This document shows positions 40,679 to 53,573 of a stretch of 64,000 nucleotides of DNA, in pieces (positions within the stretch are counted from its first letter, which is position 1; each line of letters begins with the position of its first letter). The stretch lies in the NCBI RefSeq assembly GCF_009914755.1, contig NC_060943.1. One strand, written 5' to 3'. Source of the stretch: the human T2T-CHM13v2.0 reference genome, Homo sapiens. Made by a program: the position numbers and the translations under genes. Under the pieces are notes generated by a model. The model was not told the origin of the DNA. It saw only the letters and a program-made list of their open reading frames with translations, and ran no database searches.

Positions 40679-41692
40679 CTGGAAGGGAGTGGGGACGTGA
40701 ATGGGGTGCGAGGGGCGGGGTGTGAGCATGGCCTGATGCCCATGGGGAGGGATTCATGAACCACCCCGCCTGTCCAGCCTCCGGTGATGCCCAAGATGGC
40801 CATTCCGGGGCACCCCACACTGATGCAAAGCTGCTCGGCCCCGCCAGGCAGGGATGCTGGGTGCCCAGTGGGTACTGCCATTCCTATCTCTGAGCCTCAG
40901 TTTCCCCATCTACAAAATCCAACTCCCCACTCAGAGGATAAAGTGGCTCGGCAGCACACAGTAGGGGGCTCCTCCCCATGCTGCCCCACCCTGGCTGACC
41001 CACGCTGGGCTCCAGCAGCAGGCAAGAAAGTGGCAAGCTCCAGGTGGGACCAGACAGGCCGAGGTGAAGTGAGGGTTCCTGGCGCTTCCCATGGGGGCAG
41101 AGATGAGGACTCACGGGTGTTTTTAAACACCCAGACCTTCTGGAAACCTCCAGTTCTCACTCCCCCTCCTCCTGTACCTGCCCCCGACCCCCTGCGGATA
41201 AGCAAGCACGTCCTCACAGGGATAGGAGGGTCTGCCCTCCCATGCCGGAGCACCGCACAGGGTAAACAGTCAGTACCTAATAAATACCCAGTGGGTGAGC
41301 AAATGGCAACACGCACACATTCTAGAGTCCAGGCCACAGCCCTGGCGATGCTGGCCCCATCGGACCTGGGAGCTGCTAGGCACGCCAATGTCCCCTCATG
41401 TTCACGCAGTGTGAACTGCCAGGTCCTGCCTCCTGGCTTTGCCTGTGCTGTGACCTAACCTGGACGCCACCTCCCAGCCCTCCCTCACTGCCTGGTTATG
41501 TGCTATAGCCTTGGAGGGCTGGCTTGGAGGCTGCCTCCACTAGGCAGCTTTCCTGGATTGCCCAGTGGAACACAAGCCCATGGGGGACTCCCTTCCACCG
41601 TCGGTTCCTGACCAGCGATGCCACGGGCCCTTGGGGGCCATCTGCTCCCTCCCCGCTGCCTGCCTATCCCAGCAAGGTGCAGACACCAGAAC

Positions 41693-42459
<767 letters not shown>

Positions 42460-42662
42460 TCAAAGATCTGTTTCCAGACATCCCAAGCCCAACGCACGTG
42501 GCAGGCCCTGCAGACAGCGGACAATGAGAACTGACAACAACCCGCTCTCAGGGCCAGCAGACGCGCCTGCGCCTCCCGTGGAGTCCTCGCCACCCCCCAC
42601 CCAGACCCTGCCTGGAGCCCAGTGTCCCCTCGGAGAGGCCGCATCCCAGGGAGGGGCCATAC

Positions 42663-42795
42663 CCAGGAGGCTGTCGGCCCCGCTGACAGGCGGCGTGTGG
42701 CTGGAGACGCCGCCGTACGTGGCTCCGGGGGCTGAGGAGAAGGAGGATGCAGATGGGAGCCCACCGTTCACCTCTGCTCCATGCAGCTGGTAGCC
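42663..42795 (-). CDS. TCF3: TCF3 exon 11 ([12 protein letters not shown]...ADSLL)
   Basis: cccag| acceptor, G|GTATGG donor, 133 nt. Confidence 0.94.
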
Positions 42796-42878
42796 CTGGG
42801 GGGTCAGGCAGGAGGAGGGTGGGTTAGATGGGCACTGCCACCCTCCGCCCACCCCCTGCCCCCTGCCCTGGGTCCTAC

Positions 42879-43048
42879 CATACGCTCGTGCTGGTGCAGG
42901 CCACCAAACGTGCTGCTGCTTCCACTGCTGCCCACCGGGCCGCTACCGGGCGGGAGGGGCAGCGGGGATGAGCCCCCACCCAGCATGGGCCCGAAGCCCG
43001 CCTGGCCCGGGGGACTCCAGAGCTCGGCTGAGGGGTGCAGGCTGCCAT
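42879..43048 (-). CDS. TCF3: TCF3 exon 10 ([14 protein letters not shown]...HQHERM)
   Basis: cacag| acceptor, ATG|GTAGGA donor, 170 nt. Confidence 0.94.
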
Positions 43049-43137
43049 CTGTGGAGGGGAGCTGGTAAGGTGGGGGCCGAGTGGGGAACCCCAGCCCTGC
43101 CCTACCGTCCCTGGCGAGCCCCCGCCCTGCCATGTAC

Positions 43138-43240
43138 CTGCCACGTAGAAGGGGGCGGGATAGGTGCTGCTGGGGGTCTTGGCGGACGGGTAGGCGGTGG
43201 CATCCCTGCCGTAGTCCTCACCTGAGCTGGGTGGGTACAC
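43138..43240 (-). CDS. TCF3: TCF3 exon 9 ([13 protein letters not shown]...PFYVA)
   Basis: cgcag| acceptor, G|GTACAT donor, 103 nt. Confidence 0.94.
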
Positions 43241-44178
43241 CTGCGGGCGGGTGGGCGGTGGGGGGTGCAGTCAGGACGGAGGGACCACGATCAGCCCATG
43301 CACCTTGCCGGCCTCCTGTCCCCTCCTGGTAGCACATCTACCACCCCGTTTCCCTTCCCTGTAAAGCCACCCCCCTTTAGGTAAATCCCAGCCCCTGGCC
43401 AAGTTTGAGGTTCTTATGATGTCCTGGTCTCTCTCTCCTACTCCTTTTCCAGCCCCCACCTCCCGCCTCCCTGAACTTCTGACCTTTGTACTTGAGGACT
43501 TGGATCTGGCTCTGCCTACTAAACCTTTTTCCTCCTTAATCCAGAAAACTCCTATCGACCCATCAAAACCCCAGCTCCAACACCCCATCCCATCCTTCTC
43601 CCTTGTTCCCCAGCTGGAATCAATCTTCCAGTGCTGAGCTTCCCTTGGTCCCAGAGCAACATTCGTCCTTCACTAAAGTAACAGGAAGAGGGGTCTGTGA
43701 GTAGCGCCAGCTCTGACTGGTTGGCACTGCCTGGACTGTGGGGCTGGGGCCTGTTGGTAACGTCTGCTGCTGTGCTGGAGCGGGAAGTATGCTGGGTGGG
43801 CCTGATGTTGTAATAAACTGGGGGGCGGTTTCAGGGCAGAGAAAGTGCACCCTGGGGAAGGAGGGGAGTGAGTGATACTGTTGGGAGCAGAGCCTGACCA
43901 CGCCTTTGGCCTGGGAAGTCAACCTGACTCTAACCCCGAACCCAGGCCTGTGGGGAGCTGGTCGGCTGGAGGGGTGAGGAGATGTATGCCCAGGGCTCTT
44001 GGGGCCAGCACAGGCACTGGGCAGAGGGTGGTTGGTGGCTACTGAGCCAGGGAATCGGCAAATTCCCTCTCCCTCCAGCGAGATGAGACCGCAGGAGTGT
44101 GGCACAGCAGCCTGGACCATCTGCGAGGCCTGGTAGGGAGGCAGGGATGCGGGGCAGCCTGAAGCTGTGAGGATGTAA

Positions 44179-44412
<234 letters not shown>

Positions 44413-44775
44413 TGACTAGGCTGATCTAGAACTCCTGACCTCAGGTGATCCACCCACCTCGGCCTCCCAAAGCGCTGGGATGACAGGCATGAGCCACCAC
44501 ACCCAGCACAATTGTGCCCTTTCTAAAGGGGCCTCAGCCACCAGGACTGCCTTTCTCTCAAAACAAGACAGACAGAGGCTGGACCTAGGGAAGGACTTCC
44601 CCGCCTTCCCTTGGAGGCGGCCTCGGGTCAGAGCTCAGATCTTGGCTCAGAAATCACAGGGGGCCTGTCCACTCAGGGCCCACCCCGCCATGTGTGTTCC
44701 CAAGCTTCGCCAGGACACAGGGCCTGGCACTGCCACTGACGAGCTGTGGGGTCCCTTCTCCCTCGTGCGACTCAC

Positions 44776-44825
44776 CGAGGATGGAAGACCCGGCGGGACC
44801 TTCCGGACCTTCTTGGGCTGCGTGT
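44776..44825 (-). CDS. TCF3: TCF3 exon 8 (TQPKKVRKVPPGLPSS; NLS)
   Basis: ctaacag| acceptor, TCG|GTGAGT donor, 50 nt. Confidence 0.95.
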
Positions 44826-45003
44826 CTGTTAGAAGCAAAAGGGGTGAGAACCGGCCACCGGCCATGAGAACAACCCCTGCCCTACACCCTGGAGGAGAGA
44901 CCCTCACAATTCCCGTTTCATATATTAAAAACCTCGGGTCGGCTGGGTGCGGTGCCTCATGCCTGTAATACCAGGACTTTGGGAGGCCAAGGCAGGCAGA
45001 TCA

Positions 45004-45264
<261 letters not shown>

Positions 45265-46400
45265 CTATTTATACGGCTCCAAAGATGTCGAAGAACCACG
45301 ATGGTTTTCTCCCGCGACGCGCAGTTTGGAAAACGAGGAGTTGGTGGATTCTAAGCCAAGGCTCTGCTGAGAAGCCCCTTGGCCCCACCCTCCTTCCAAG
45401 ATGGCCCCGACTATCCCACGCAGTCAGGCTTCACCACTAGGGGCTGCTGTTTGCAAACTCGCCTACAGGATAAAATCCGTAACCCGGAAACCAGCACTCA
45501 GGCGCCTTCCTGATCACTCACGGACGTGCGCACAGTGGGAAAAGTTCGAGTGGCCCAGGCGCATGTGCCCAGCCAAGGCGGAACAGAGGCCTCCTCCCGC
45601 ATCATGGGGCTCCTGTCCTTGGTCTATTCAGAGCCACGATCTTTTACGTTTTTGTGCTTTTTGTGGGTGATTTCACGCTTATTTTTTTCAGGCAGGGTCT
45701 TGCGCTGTTGCTCAGGCTGGAGTACAATGGTGCGATCGCAGCTCATTGCAGCCTCGAACTCCCAGGGTCAAACCATCCTCCTGCCTCAGCCTCCTGAGTA
45801 GCTGGGACCACAGGTGTGTGCCACCATACTTAGCTAATTTTTAAAATTTTTCGCAAAGATGGGATCTCCCTATGTTGCCCAGAATGGTTTGCAACTTTTG
45901 GCCTCAAGTGATCCTCCTGTCTCGGCCTCCAGAGAAGCTGGGACCCCAGGTGAGTGCCGCCATGCCTGGCGACTGTGCTGCCTGGAATGGGCCCCGGGTA
46001 GTTCAAGGCGCCGTCCAGTGCTCCTGAGCCCGAGGCTGTGACGTGCCTCGCGGGGGATGCCCGCGTGTGCAGCAGGGCTCAGTGCAGAGGAGCCACGATG
46101 CAGCCCCATGAGGCATCTGACACAGAAAGCACATGGCAGAGCCCGTGCCCGTCAGCTGCAGGAACCTCGGGACCAGAGGCTCGTAGGAACCTCTCCCTGG
46201 ACGTGCCACGCCCGCCGGCCCCTGCCTCGACCCCCCGTCACCGTCCATCCCTCCCACGGCCCGAGCGCCCGACGTCCAGCCAGGACCTGGAAGGTGCGGG
46301 GTCTGCTCCCTCTGGTGCCCTCAGCTAACGGGAAGCCTCCTACCTCCCTTTGCAGGCTCCCTCCCAGAAGCCCCCGATGCCCCGGCCAGACCCCGCTCAC

Positions 46401-46533
46401 CTAGGCTGCCGTCTGCCGCTCTCCGCCGGGAGCTGCCGGAGTAGGAGGGGTAGTACTGGGAGGTCCCCTTCATGCCCGAAGGGGACAGGGGCCCGGGGCT
46501 GTTGAGGGCCAGCTCGCCTGACAGGAAGCCAGC
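46401..46533 (-). CDS. TCF3: TCF3 exon 7 ([23 protein letters not shown]...ADGSL)
   Basis: caccag| acceptor, G|GTGAGC donor, 133 nt. Confidence 0.93.
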
Positions 46534-46992
46534 CTGGTGGGGAGCGGATGGTCAGAAAGCGCCCAGCTGGCATCCAGACCCCAGGCTGTTCCATTCAAGA
46601 AAAAACTGCAAAGGCCGAAGCCACTCAGACCCGCCCTGCAGTGGGTGATGCCCCTTCTGCCTGTCACGGTGTTTCTCTGTGACACCTGCTGTGTTTTTCT
46701 GACTTGAGACTGACCGCATCCCACACTGCTGTTTTCACGAAGAACGAAAGACTGAGAAACAGATACCAGTGTGGCCAACCCAAGGGGCTGCTCCCCCGAT
46801 TCTGAGACGCAAAGTACAAAGCTGCGTGGCTAAGCGTCTGTGCACCCGGCTGCTTCCTATCTTTTTGGTTTTGTTTTGTAAAGCCCTCGGTTGGATTCTG
46901 TACATGTTAGTGTGAAACGGGCTTTCTTCCTGGGGAGCCAGGGCTGCCCTGAGCCGGGTCCCGGAACTGACTCCTGCATTTCATCCGTTCTA

Positions 46993-47271
<279 letters not shown>

Positions 47272-48183
47272 TCAAAAAAAAAAAAAAGAATCATCTGTTC
47301 TATCATCATCCAGTGGCCCCACGGGGTGGCCCAGCGCCCAGGACAGGGCCTTCTCCCGAGGCCCGGCCTGTCCTGAGCCCGCACCCTGTGTGGCCACCGC
47401 GGGGCTCGATGAGTCACCCGGGAGCGCCAGAGAGCAGGGCCCGAGCCCTAGTTCTGCTTCTCGGATGGGGAGCCCGGGCACTTGCGTATTCCTGTCTGTA
47501 AAATGGGCACGTAGGCCGCGGCCCCTCGTTGCGGGGACTGATAGGGAAACGCGCATCTGCCCCTGGCGCAGAGCCTGGCACCCGGCTGGCCCCCTCCATC
47601 ACTATGGCTACTGTTGCTCTGGCTTGGGCACAGTGAGCACACAGACGGCCCCACCTGTGACAAGGCCGAGCCCCACCGAGAGCTAGGAGCTGACGGCGGG
47701 GACAGAGATGAAGTCCTGGGGTGAGGGAGGAACCCTGGGGGTGCCCAGCACCGGAGGCTGCATGGGACCCCTGTGGCTGGTCACAGCCCCCAACATCCTC
47801 CCCCAGCCTCACAACCAGGGCCAGCGTGGGTGAGGATCTCGGCTGCACAGGGGCCTGTTGTATGGGCTCCCCAGGGGGTCCACACCTGCAAAGCCCTGCT
47901 GCATGGCCTGTTTTCCTGCCTGCCACTCAGAGGAGAGGGCAACCGAGCCCCTCCAGCTAAGCATGGCAGCCCTGCAGGCCTTGGCCTCCCTGGTCCTCAC
48001 CTACCTCCCCTCTGCTCCCGGTCCACACCCACCCAGCCCACCCTGGCCCAAGCCCAGCCTGGTTTCGCTATCAGGAAGCAAACATAACCTAGCTAAGCCA
48101 GGAGAGCTTCTGCAGATCAGAGAGGGTGGGTGACAGATTTGTTTAAAATCAAAATACACCCCAGCCCGGCCCGAGCCCCTCAC

Positions 48184-48251
48184 CTGAGTCAGGCCGCCCA
48201 CGCCTGCGTCTCTCCCGAAGGAGGCATAGGCGCCCCGCTCACCGCTCTTGC
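48184..48251 (-). CDS. TCF3: TCF3 exon 6 (KSGERGAYASFGRDAGVGGLTQ)
   Basis: ttgcag| acceptor, CAG|GTGAGG donor, 68 nt. Confidence 0.94.
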
Positions 48252-48565
48252 CTGCAAGGGGAGAAGGAAGGTTAGTGGGAGGCGACCCCAAGGAACATCC
48301 TGAGGGCCCCCGAGTGCCTGCCATGTGCCTACAATAGGCTCTCAGTAAGTGCACACGACTGAGAGCGCCACGGCAGGATGCTGGCAGAGCCTGACCCCAG
48401 TGTGCCCATCTCGGGGAGCCCTGGCCCCAGTATGCCCATCTCCCGCAGAGCCCTGCCCTCAGTGTGCCCATCTCCTGCCCAATGACAGGCTTGGGGACAA
48501 GAAGGGGTCCCCGATGATTTCGGGGCCAACTCTGAGCATCTGCAGCCCACAGAAGCCCTGCCCAG

Positions 48566-50308
48566 GGGGTGGGGCGGAAAGGGGACAGCAGAGCTCACGG
48601 GGTGAGGTGGGAAGGGGACAGCAGAGCTCACAGGGGGTGAGGCGGGAAGGGGACAGCAGAGCTCACAGGGGGTGAGGCGGGAAGGGGACAGCAGAGCTCA
48701 CAGGGGGTGAGGCGGGAAGGGGACAGCAGAGCTCACAGGGGGTGAGGCGGGAAGGGGACAGCAGAGCTCACAGGGGATGAGGCGGGAAGGGGACAGCAGA
48801 GCTCACGGGGTGAGGCGGGAAGGGGACAGCAGAGCTCACAGGGGGTGAGGCGGGAAGGGGACAGCAGAGCTCACAGGGGGTGAGGCGGGAAGGGGACAGC
48901 AGAGCTCACAGGGGATGAGGCGGGAAGGGGACAGCAGAACTCACGGGGTGAGGCGGGAAGGGGACAGCAGAACTCACGGGGTGAGGCGGGAAGGGGACAG
49001 CAGAGCTCACAGGGGGTGAGGCGGAAAGGGGACAGCAGAGCTCACAGGGGATGAGGCGGGAAGGGGACAGCAGAGCTCACAGGGGGTGAGGCGGGAAGGG
49101 GACAGCAGAGCTCACGGGGGTGAGGCGGGAAGGGGACAGCAGAGCTCACGGGGGTGGGGCAGGAAGGGGACAGCAGAGCTCACAGGGGGTGAGGCGGGAA
49201 GGGGACAGCAGAGCTCACGGGGTGAGGCGGGAAGGGGACAGCAGAGCTCACAGGGGGTGAGGCGGGAAGGGGACAGCAGAGCTCACGGGGGTGAGGCGGG
49301 AAGGGGACAGCAGAGCTCACGGGGTGAGGCGGGAAGGGGACAGCAGAGCTCACAGGGGATGAGGCGGGAAGGGGACAGCAGAGCTCACAGGGGGTGAGGC
49401 GGGAAGGGGACAGCAGAACTCACGGGGTGAGGCGGGAAGGGGACAGCAGAGCTCACAGGGGGTGAGGCGGAAAGGGGACAGCAGAGCTCACAGGGGATGA
49501 GGCGGGAAGGGGACAGCAGAGCTCACAGGGGGTGAGGCGGGAAGGGGACAGCAGAGCTCACGGGGGTGAGGCGGGAAGGGGACAGCAGAGCTCACGGGGG
49601 TGGGGCAGGAAGGGGACAGCAGAGCTCACAGGGGGTGAGGCGGGAAGGGGACAGCAGAACTCACGGGGTGAGGCGGGAAGGGGACAGCAGAGCTCACAGG
49701 GGGTGAGGCGGAAAGGGGACAGCAGAGCTCACAGGGGATGAGGCGGGAAGGGGACAGCAGAGCTCACAGGGGGTGAGGCGGGAAGGGGACAGCAGAGCTC
49801 ACGGGGGTGAGGCGGGAAGGGGACAGCAGAGCTCACGGGGGTGGGGCAGGAAGGGGACAGCAGAGCTCACAGGGGGTGAGGCGGGAAGGGGACAGCAGAG
49901 CTCACGGGGTGAGGCGGGAAGGGGACAGCAGAGCTCACAGGGGATGAGGCGGGAAGGGGACAGCAGAACTCACGGGGTGAGGCGGGAAGGGGACAGCAGA
50001 GCTCACGGGGTGAGGCGGGAAGGGGACAGCAGAGCTCACGGGGTGAGGCGGGAAGGGGACAGCAGAACTCACGGGGTGAGGCGGGAAGGGGACAGCAGAG
50101 CTCACGGGGTGAGGCGGGAAGGGGACAGCAGAGCTCACAGGGGGTGAGGCGGGAAGGGGACAGCAGAGCTCACGGGGGTGAGGCGGGAAGGGGACAGCAG
50201 AGCTCACGGGGTGAGGCGGGAAGGGGACAGCAGAGCTCACGGGGTGAGGCGGGAAGGGGACAGCAGAGCTCACGGGGTGAGGCGGGAAGGGGACAGCAGA
50301 GCTCACAG
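48566..50308 (+). repeat. Large G-rich VNTR, 29-31 bp unit (GGGGTGAGGCGGGAAGGGGACAGCAGAGCTCAC[A/G]), roughly 57-58 copies, TCF3 intron 5
   Basis: Directly visible tandem array with recurring variant units. Confidence 0.97.
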
Positions 50309-50619
50309 TGGCCCTGCTTCCTGCTGGCCAGGCCCCTGCCCTTCCTGAGCCTCAGTTTCCTCTGTTTCAGGCGTTGAGGGGCTGATGCCCTGGGGTGCTG
50401 GGGTCAGAGGCATTTGTCTGTCCCAGGGGACAGGCCTGGGGGCCCTGGCGGGGAGCCCCGGGGCCTGTGCACACCGCATCAGGTTCACCGCACAGGCTCC
50501 CCCAAAGTGCCCAGCATTCAGCCTTCAGGCCAGGGTTCATTCGCGAATGAGCACGTGACCTGCACCCCACCAATGAGCACTTCCCTGGGGCGCTCAGTGA
50601 CAAAGGACAGGTGAGGCCT

Positions 50620-50782
50620 CGGGGCTACGGAGGGGGTCAGCTGGCCAGGGCGAGCCCCCAGCATGGAAGGCCTGGGCTACGGAGGGGAACAGCTGGCCAA
50701 GGCGAGCCCCCAGCATGGAGGGCCTGGGCTACGGAGGAGGACAGCCTGCCGGGGCGAGCCCCCAGTGTGGAGGGCCTGGGGC
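50620..50782 (+). repeat. ~52-bp tandem repeat x3 (GGGCTACGGAGGGG..CAGCTGGCCAGGGCGAGCCCCCAGCATGG)
   Basis: Directly visible. Confidence 0.85.
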
Positions 50783-53205
50783 TGATGCGGTGACACCTGG
50801 ATCCAGCCTTGCCTGAAGCAGGCACCCCGATTACTCAGGACCTGAGCCACTTAAATCCCCTTCTGGCTGACACTGGGCACGGAATGTGACTGGGGCTGCT
50901 GTGAGGGGCTGGGACGCGCGATCGAGTAATGTACATTATTCTCAAAGCAGGAAAAAAATTTCCCGATTTTTGAATTTTAAAAGTTCAACGATTTCCCAAC
51001 TCCTGGAACAAATGCTGCTGTTTTTTGCCTCCCGTTTCCTCATCTTGGTGACCCGGGGGGACATGGGGAAGATGACAGCCACGACCCACCCCACAGGCCA
51101 CACCCGGCCACAGCAGTCACTCGCCCGGCTCCTCGGGTGAGAAAACTGAGGCCATAGGAGACTGAGGTTATGGCAAAAGCCCCCCGTGCCTCCCCGGGAC
51201 CCCCGCCTGCCCTCTCCAAGCTGCCTGGCTATGGCCTGGGCCCCACCCGTGGGGGTGGCAGGTGGGACATGGCTGGGCTCTGGGCATTGCTGGCCGGGCC
51301 GTGGGAACTGCCCACGTCAGCCCTGCCCACCCTGGGGCCATCGGGGGTATGAGGAAGAGGCTGGGAGGAAGGAACAGCCAGTGAGGAACCAGGCTCCCAG
51401 GTGCAGGGGCCACCCCCGGCAGGGGGGCGGGGCCAGGCCTCACCTACCCCGTAAGGGGAACGGGCAGAAATCGCCCGTGGCACGTGGTGGGCCCTCAGAC
51501 ACACCCGCCAGACCTTCACGCTATTCGCTTCCTACTCAGGACACCAACTGACTCTACTGTACTCCAAGTTCGAGGCCGGGCAAAGCGAGACAGGACCGTC
51601 CCTGCCCCGCTGTGGGGCCCAAACAGGCGCTGCCCCTCAGGGTCCAGGGAAAAGGCTGGGTCGGCCAAAGTCCTCCGGGCCTCAGTTTCCCCGCAAGCCA
51701 ACAATGCCGAGGGGTACACGGTGAGCACCTGGGCCCCGCAGCAGGTCCAGTGCCCCACAGCTCCCGGCTTCTAAGCAGCGCACACCCCCACTGCACCACG
51801 AAAAGCCAGCAGAAACACTGCCTCAAACCGTCGGGTTCCAGAGAAGGGAAGGATCCCGCATCCCAGGATGACTGAGGGATGAAACCACAAATTCCACAGC
51901 TGAGGCACTGGGGCAGGAGGCTGACCACGACAGCGGGACCCCTGAGGCCCTTACCAGCCCCCCAAGCAGCGGGACCCCCCCAAGACCCCTACCTGAGCCC
52001 CCGAACCCTGGGGCACAGGACTTGACACTCCCGCAGGAGGCGGAGCATGTGAAGCTCGGGGCATTTCCTGTGTCACCCGCAGGAGGGACCGCACACGGGA
52101 CACTGTCCCAGTCGCAGCCCCAGGTGCCTGGAGGAGGGCGTCCCAGTCAGCCCCACCCAGCCGCAGACCCCCGGCCAGGGTGCCCTTCCCAAGCGTCGGT
52201 TCGTTCCCCTGCAGCACGGGTGAGCCTGCAGCGGGGCTGGAATATACCCAAGACCAGGCACCAACCCCCACCTGGCATTGGGCAGGGCCTGCAGAGCTGG
52301 GTCAGTCCTCACCGCCTCCCTCCAAGAAGGTTCTGGGAGGGTCCCTTTCCCACAGTGGGGAAACTGAGGCTCAGAAGAGGATGGCGCTTGCCCAGGTTCC
52401 GTGGTGGGGTGGGACCAGACACCAGGCCTGAGTCTTCATTCTTTTTTTTTTTTTAAGATGGAATCTCGCTCCATCACCCAGGCTGGAGGGCAATGGCGTG
52501 ATCTCGGCTCACTGCAGCCTCCACCTCCTGGGTTCAAGCAATTCTCCTGCCTCAGCCTCCTGAGTAGTTGGCACTATAAGCATCCAACACCATGACCGGC
52601 TAATTTTTGTGTTTTTGGTAGAAGCGGGGTTTCACCATGTTGGCCAGGCTGGTCTCAAACTCCTGACCTCAGGTGATCCACCCACCTCGCTCTCCCAAAG
52701 TGCTGGTATTACAGGCGTGAGCCACCGAGCCCAACCTGAGTCACGATTCTCTCGGTTAACAGGAGGGCCCCCCAGGGAAAGAGGGCGGGCGGGCGGTCTG
52801 CGGAAGGGCATGGGCTCTGACCACCGCACACTCTGGCCGCCCTCCCGAGTCTCCAGAACTCCTACGCCTCCTTCCCAGCGGGCACAGGCCAGCCCGGCTG
52901 ACCCCTCCCCGGGAAGCAGGAGGAGCCCTGCAGAAATCCCAGGGAGGAAGTGGGGTCTGGAACGGCCTCCCTGCCTCTACGCTCAGGCGGGGAAGCCTAG
53001 TTGCAGAGTGCCGTGCCAGGGAGTCCGGGCCACGTCCCCTGCACCTCCCCGCAGCTGCTCCCAGGACGGGCAGAGGCTTCGGCTGTCCACACCCTCTGGG
53101 TGAACGCTGGGGACTTGCCTGGCGCTGTGCGTGCACTGACCATGCCAAGGCCCACGTCTGCACATCTGTGCACAGCAGAGGGACCGCACCAGGCCAGGCA
53201 CTCAC

Positions 53206-53284
53206 CTCCGAGTCCCGGTCCCAGGAATGTGGATGAAGAGAGGCTGCTGTGCGACTCAGTGAAGTGGGTGCCCTCGCTGAAGGT
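53206..53284 (-). CDS. TCF3: TCF3 exon 5 (TFSEGTHFTESHSSLSSSTFLGPGLG)
   Basis: cctag| acceptor, G|GTGAGT donor, 79 nt. Confidence 0.93.
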
Positions 53285-53499
53285 CTAGGGGAGATGGGGT
53301 GGGGATGAGAGGTGCTGGGGCTTCACAGGCCCCCCCTCCACCCCGCATTACAGCTGGAGAGGCAGGACTCAAACCCATGTCCCCCAGTCCAAACCCCTGG
53401 AAGGCTGGCCCCTTCTCTCAGCCTCAGTTTCCCCACACCCCTCGCCCCCAACTCTGGGGACAGGAAACTCAGGGTCTCAGGCCTCACGGGGACTCCTAC

Positions 53500-53573
53500 C
53501 CGGCTGGGGTCAAAGGAGGAGCTGCTCTGGTCGCCGCTGCCCCAGGAGCCTGAGCTGGGCCGGTCCTCAAGAC
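53500..53573 (-). CDS. TCF3: TCF3 exon 4 ([24 protein letters not shown]); exons 1-3 lie beyond the right edge
   Basis: ctgcag| acceptor, CGG|GTAGGA donor, 74 nt. Confidence 0.93.

Noticed and set aside
48329-50377. Repetitive ORFs and a CRISPR-like appearance of the VNTR
   Set aside because: Head-to-tail units without unique spacers, no cas genes, eukaryotic intron.
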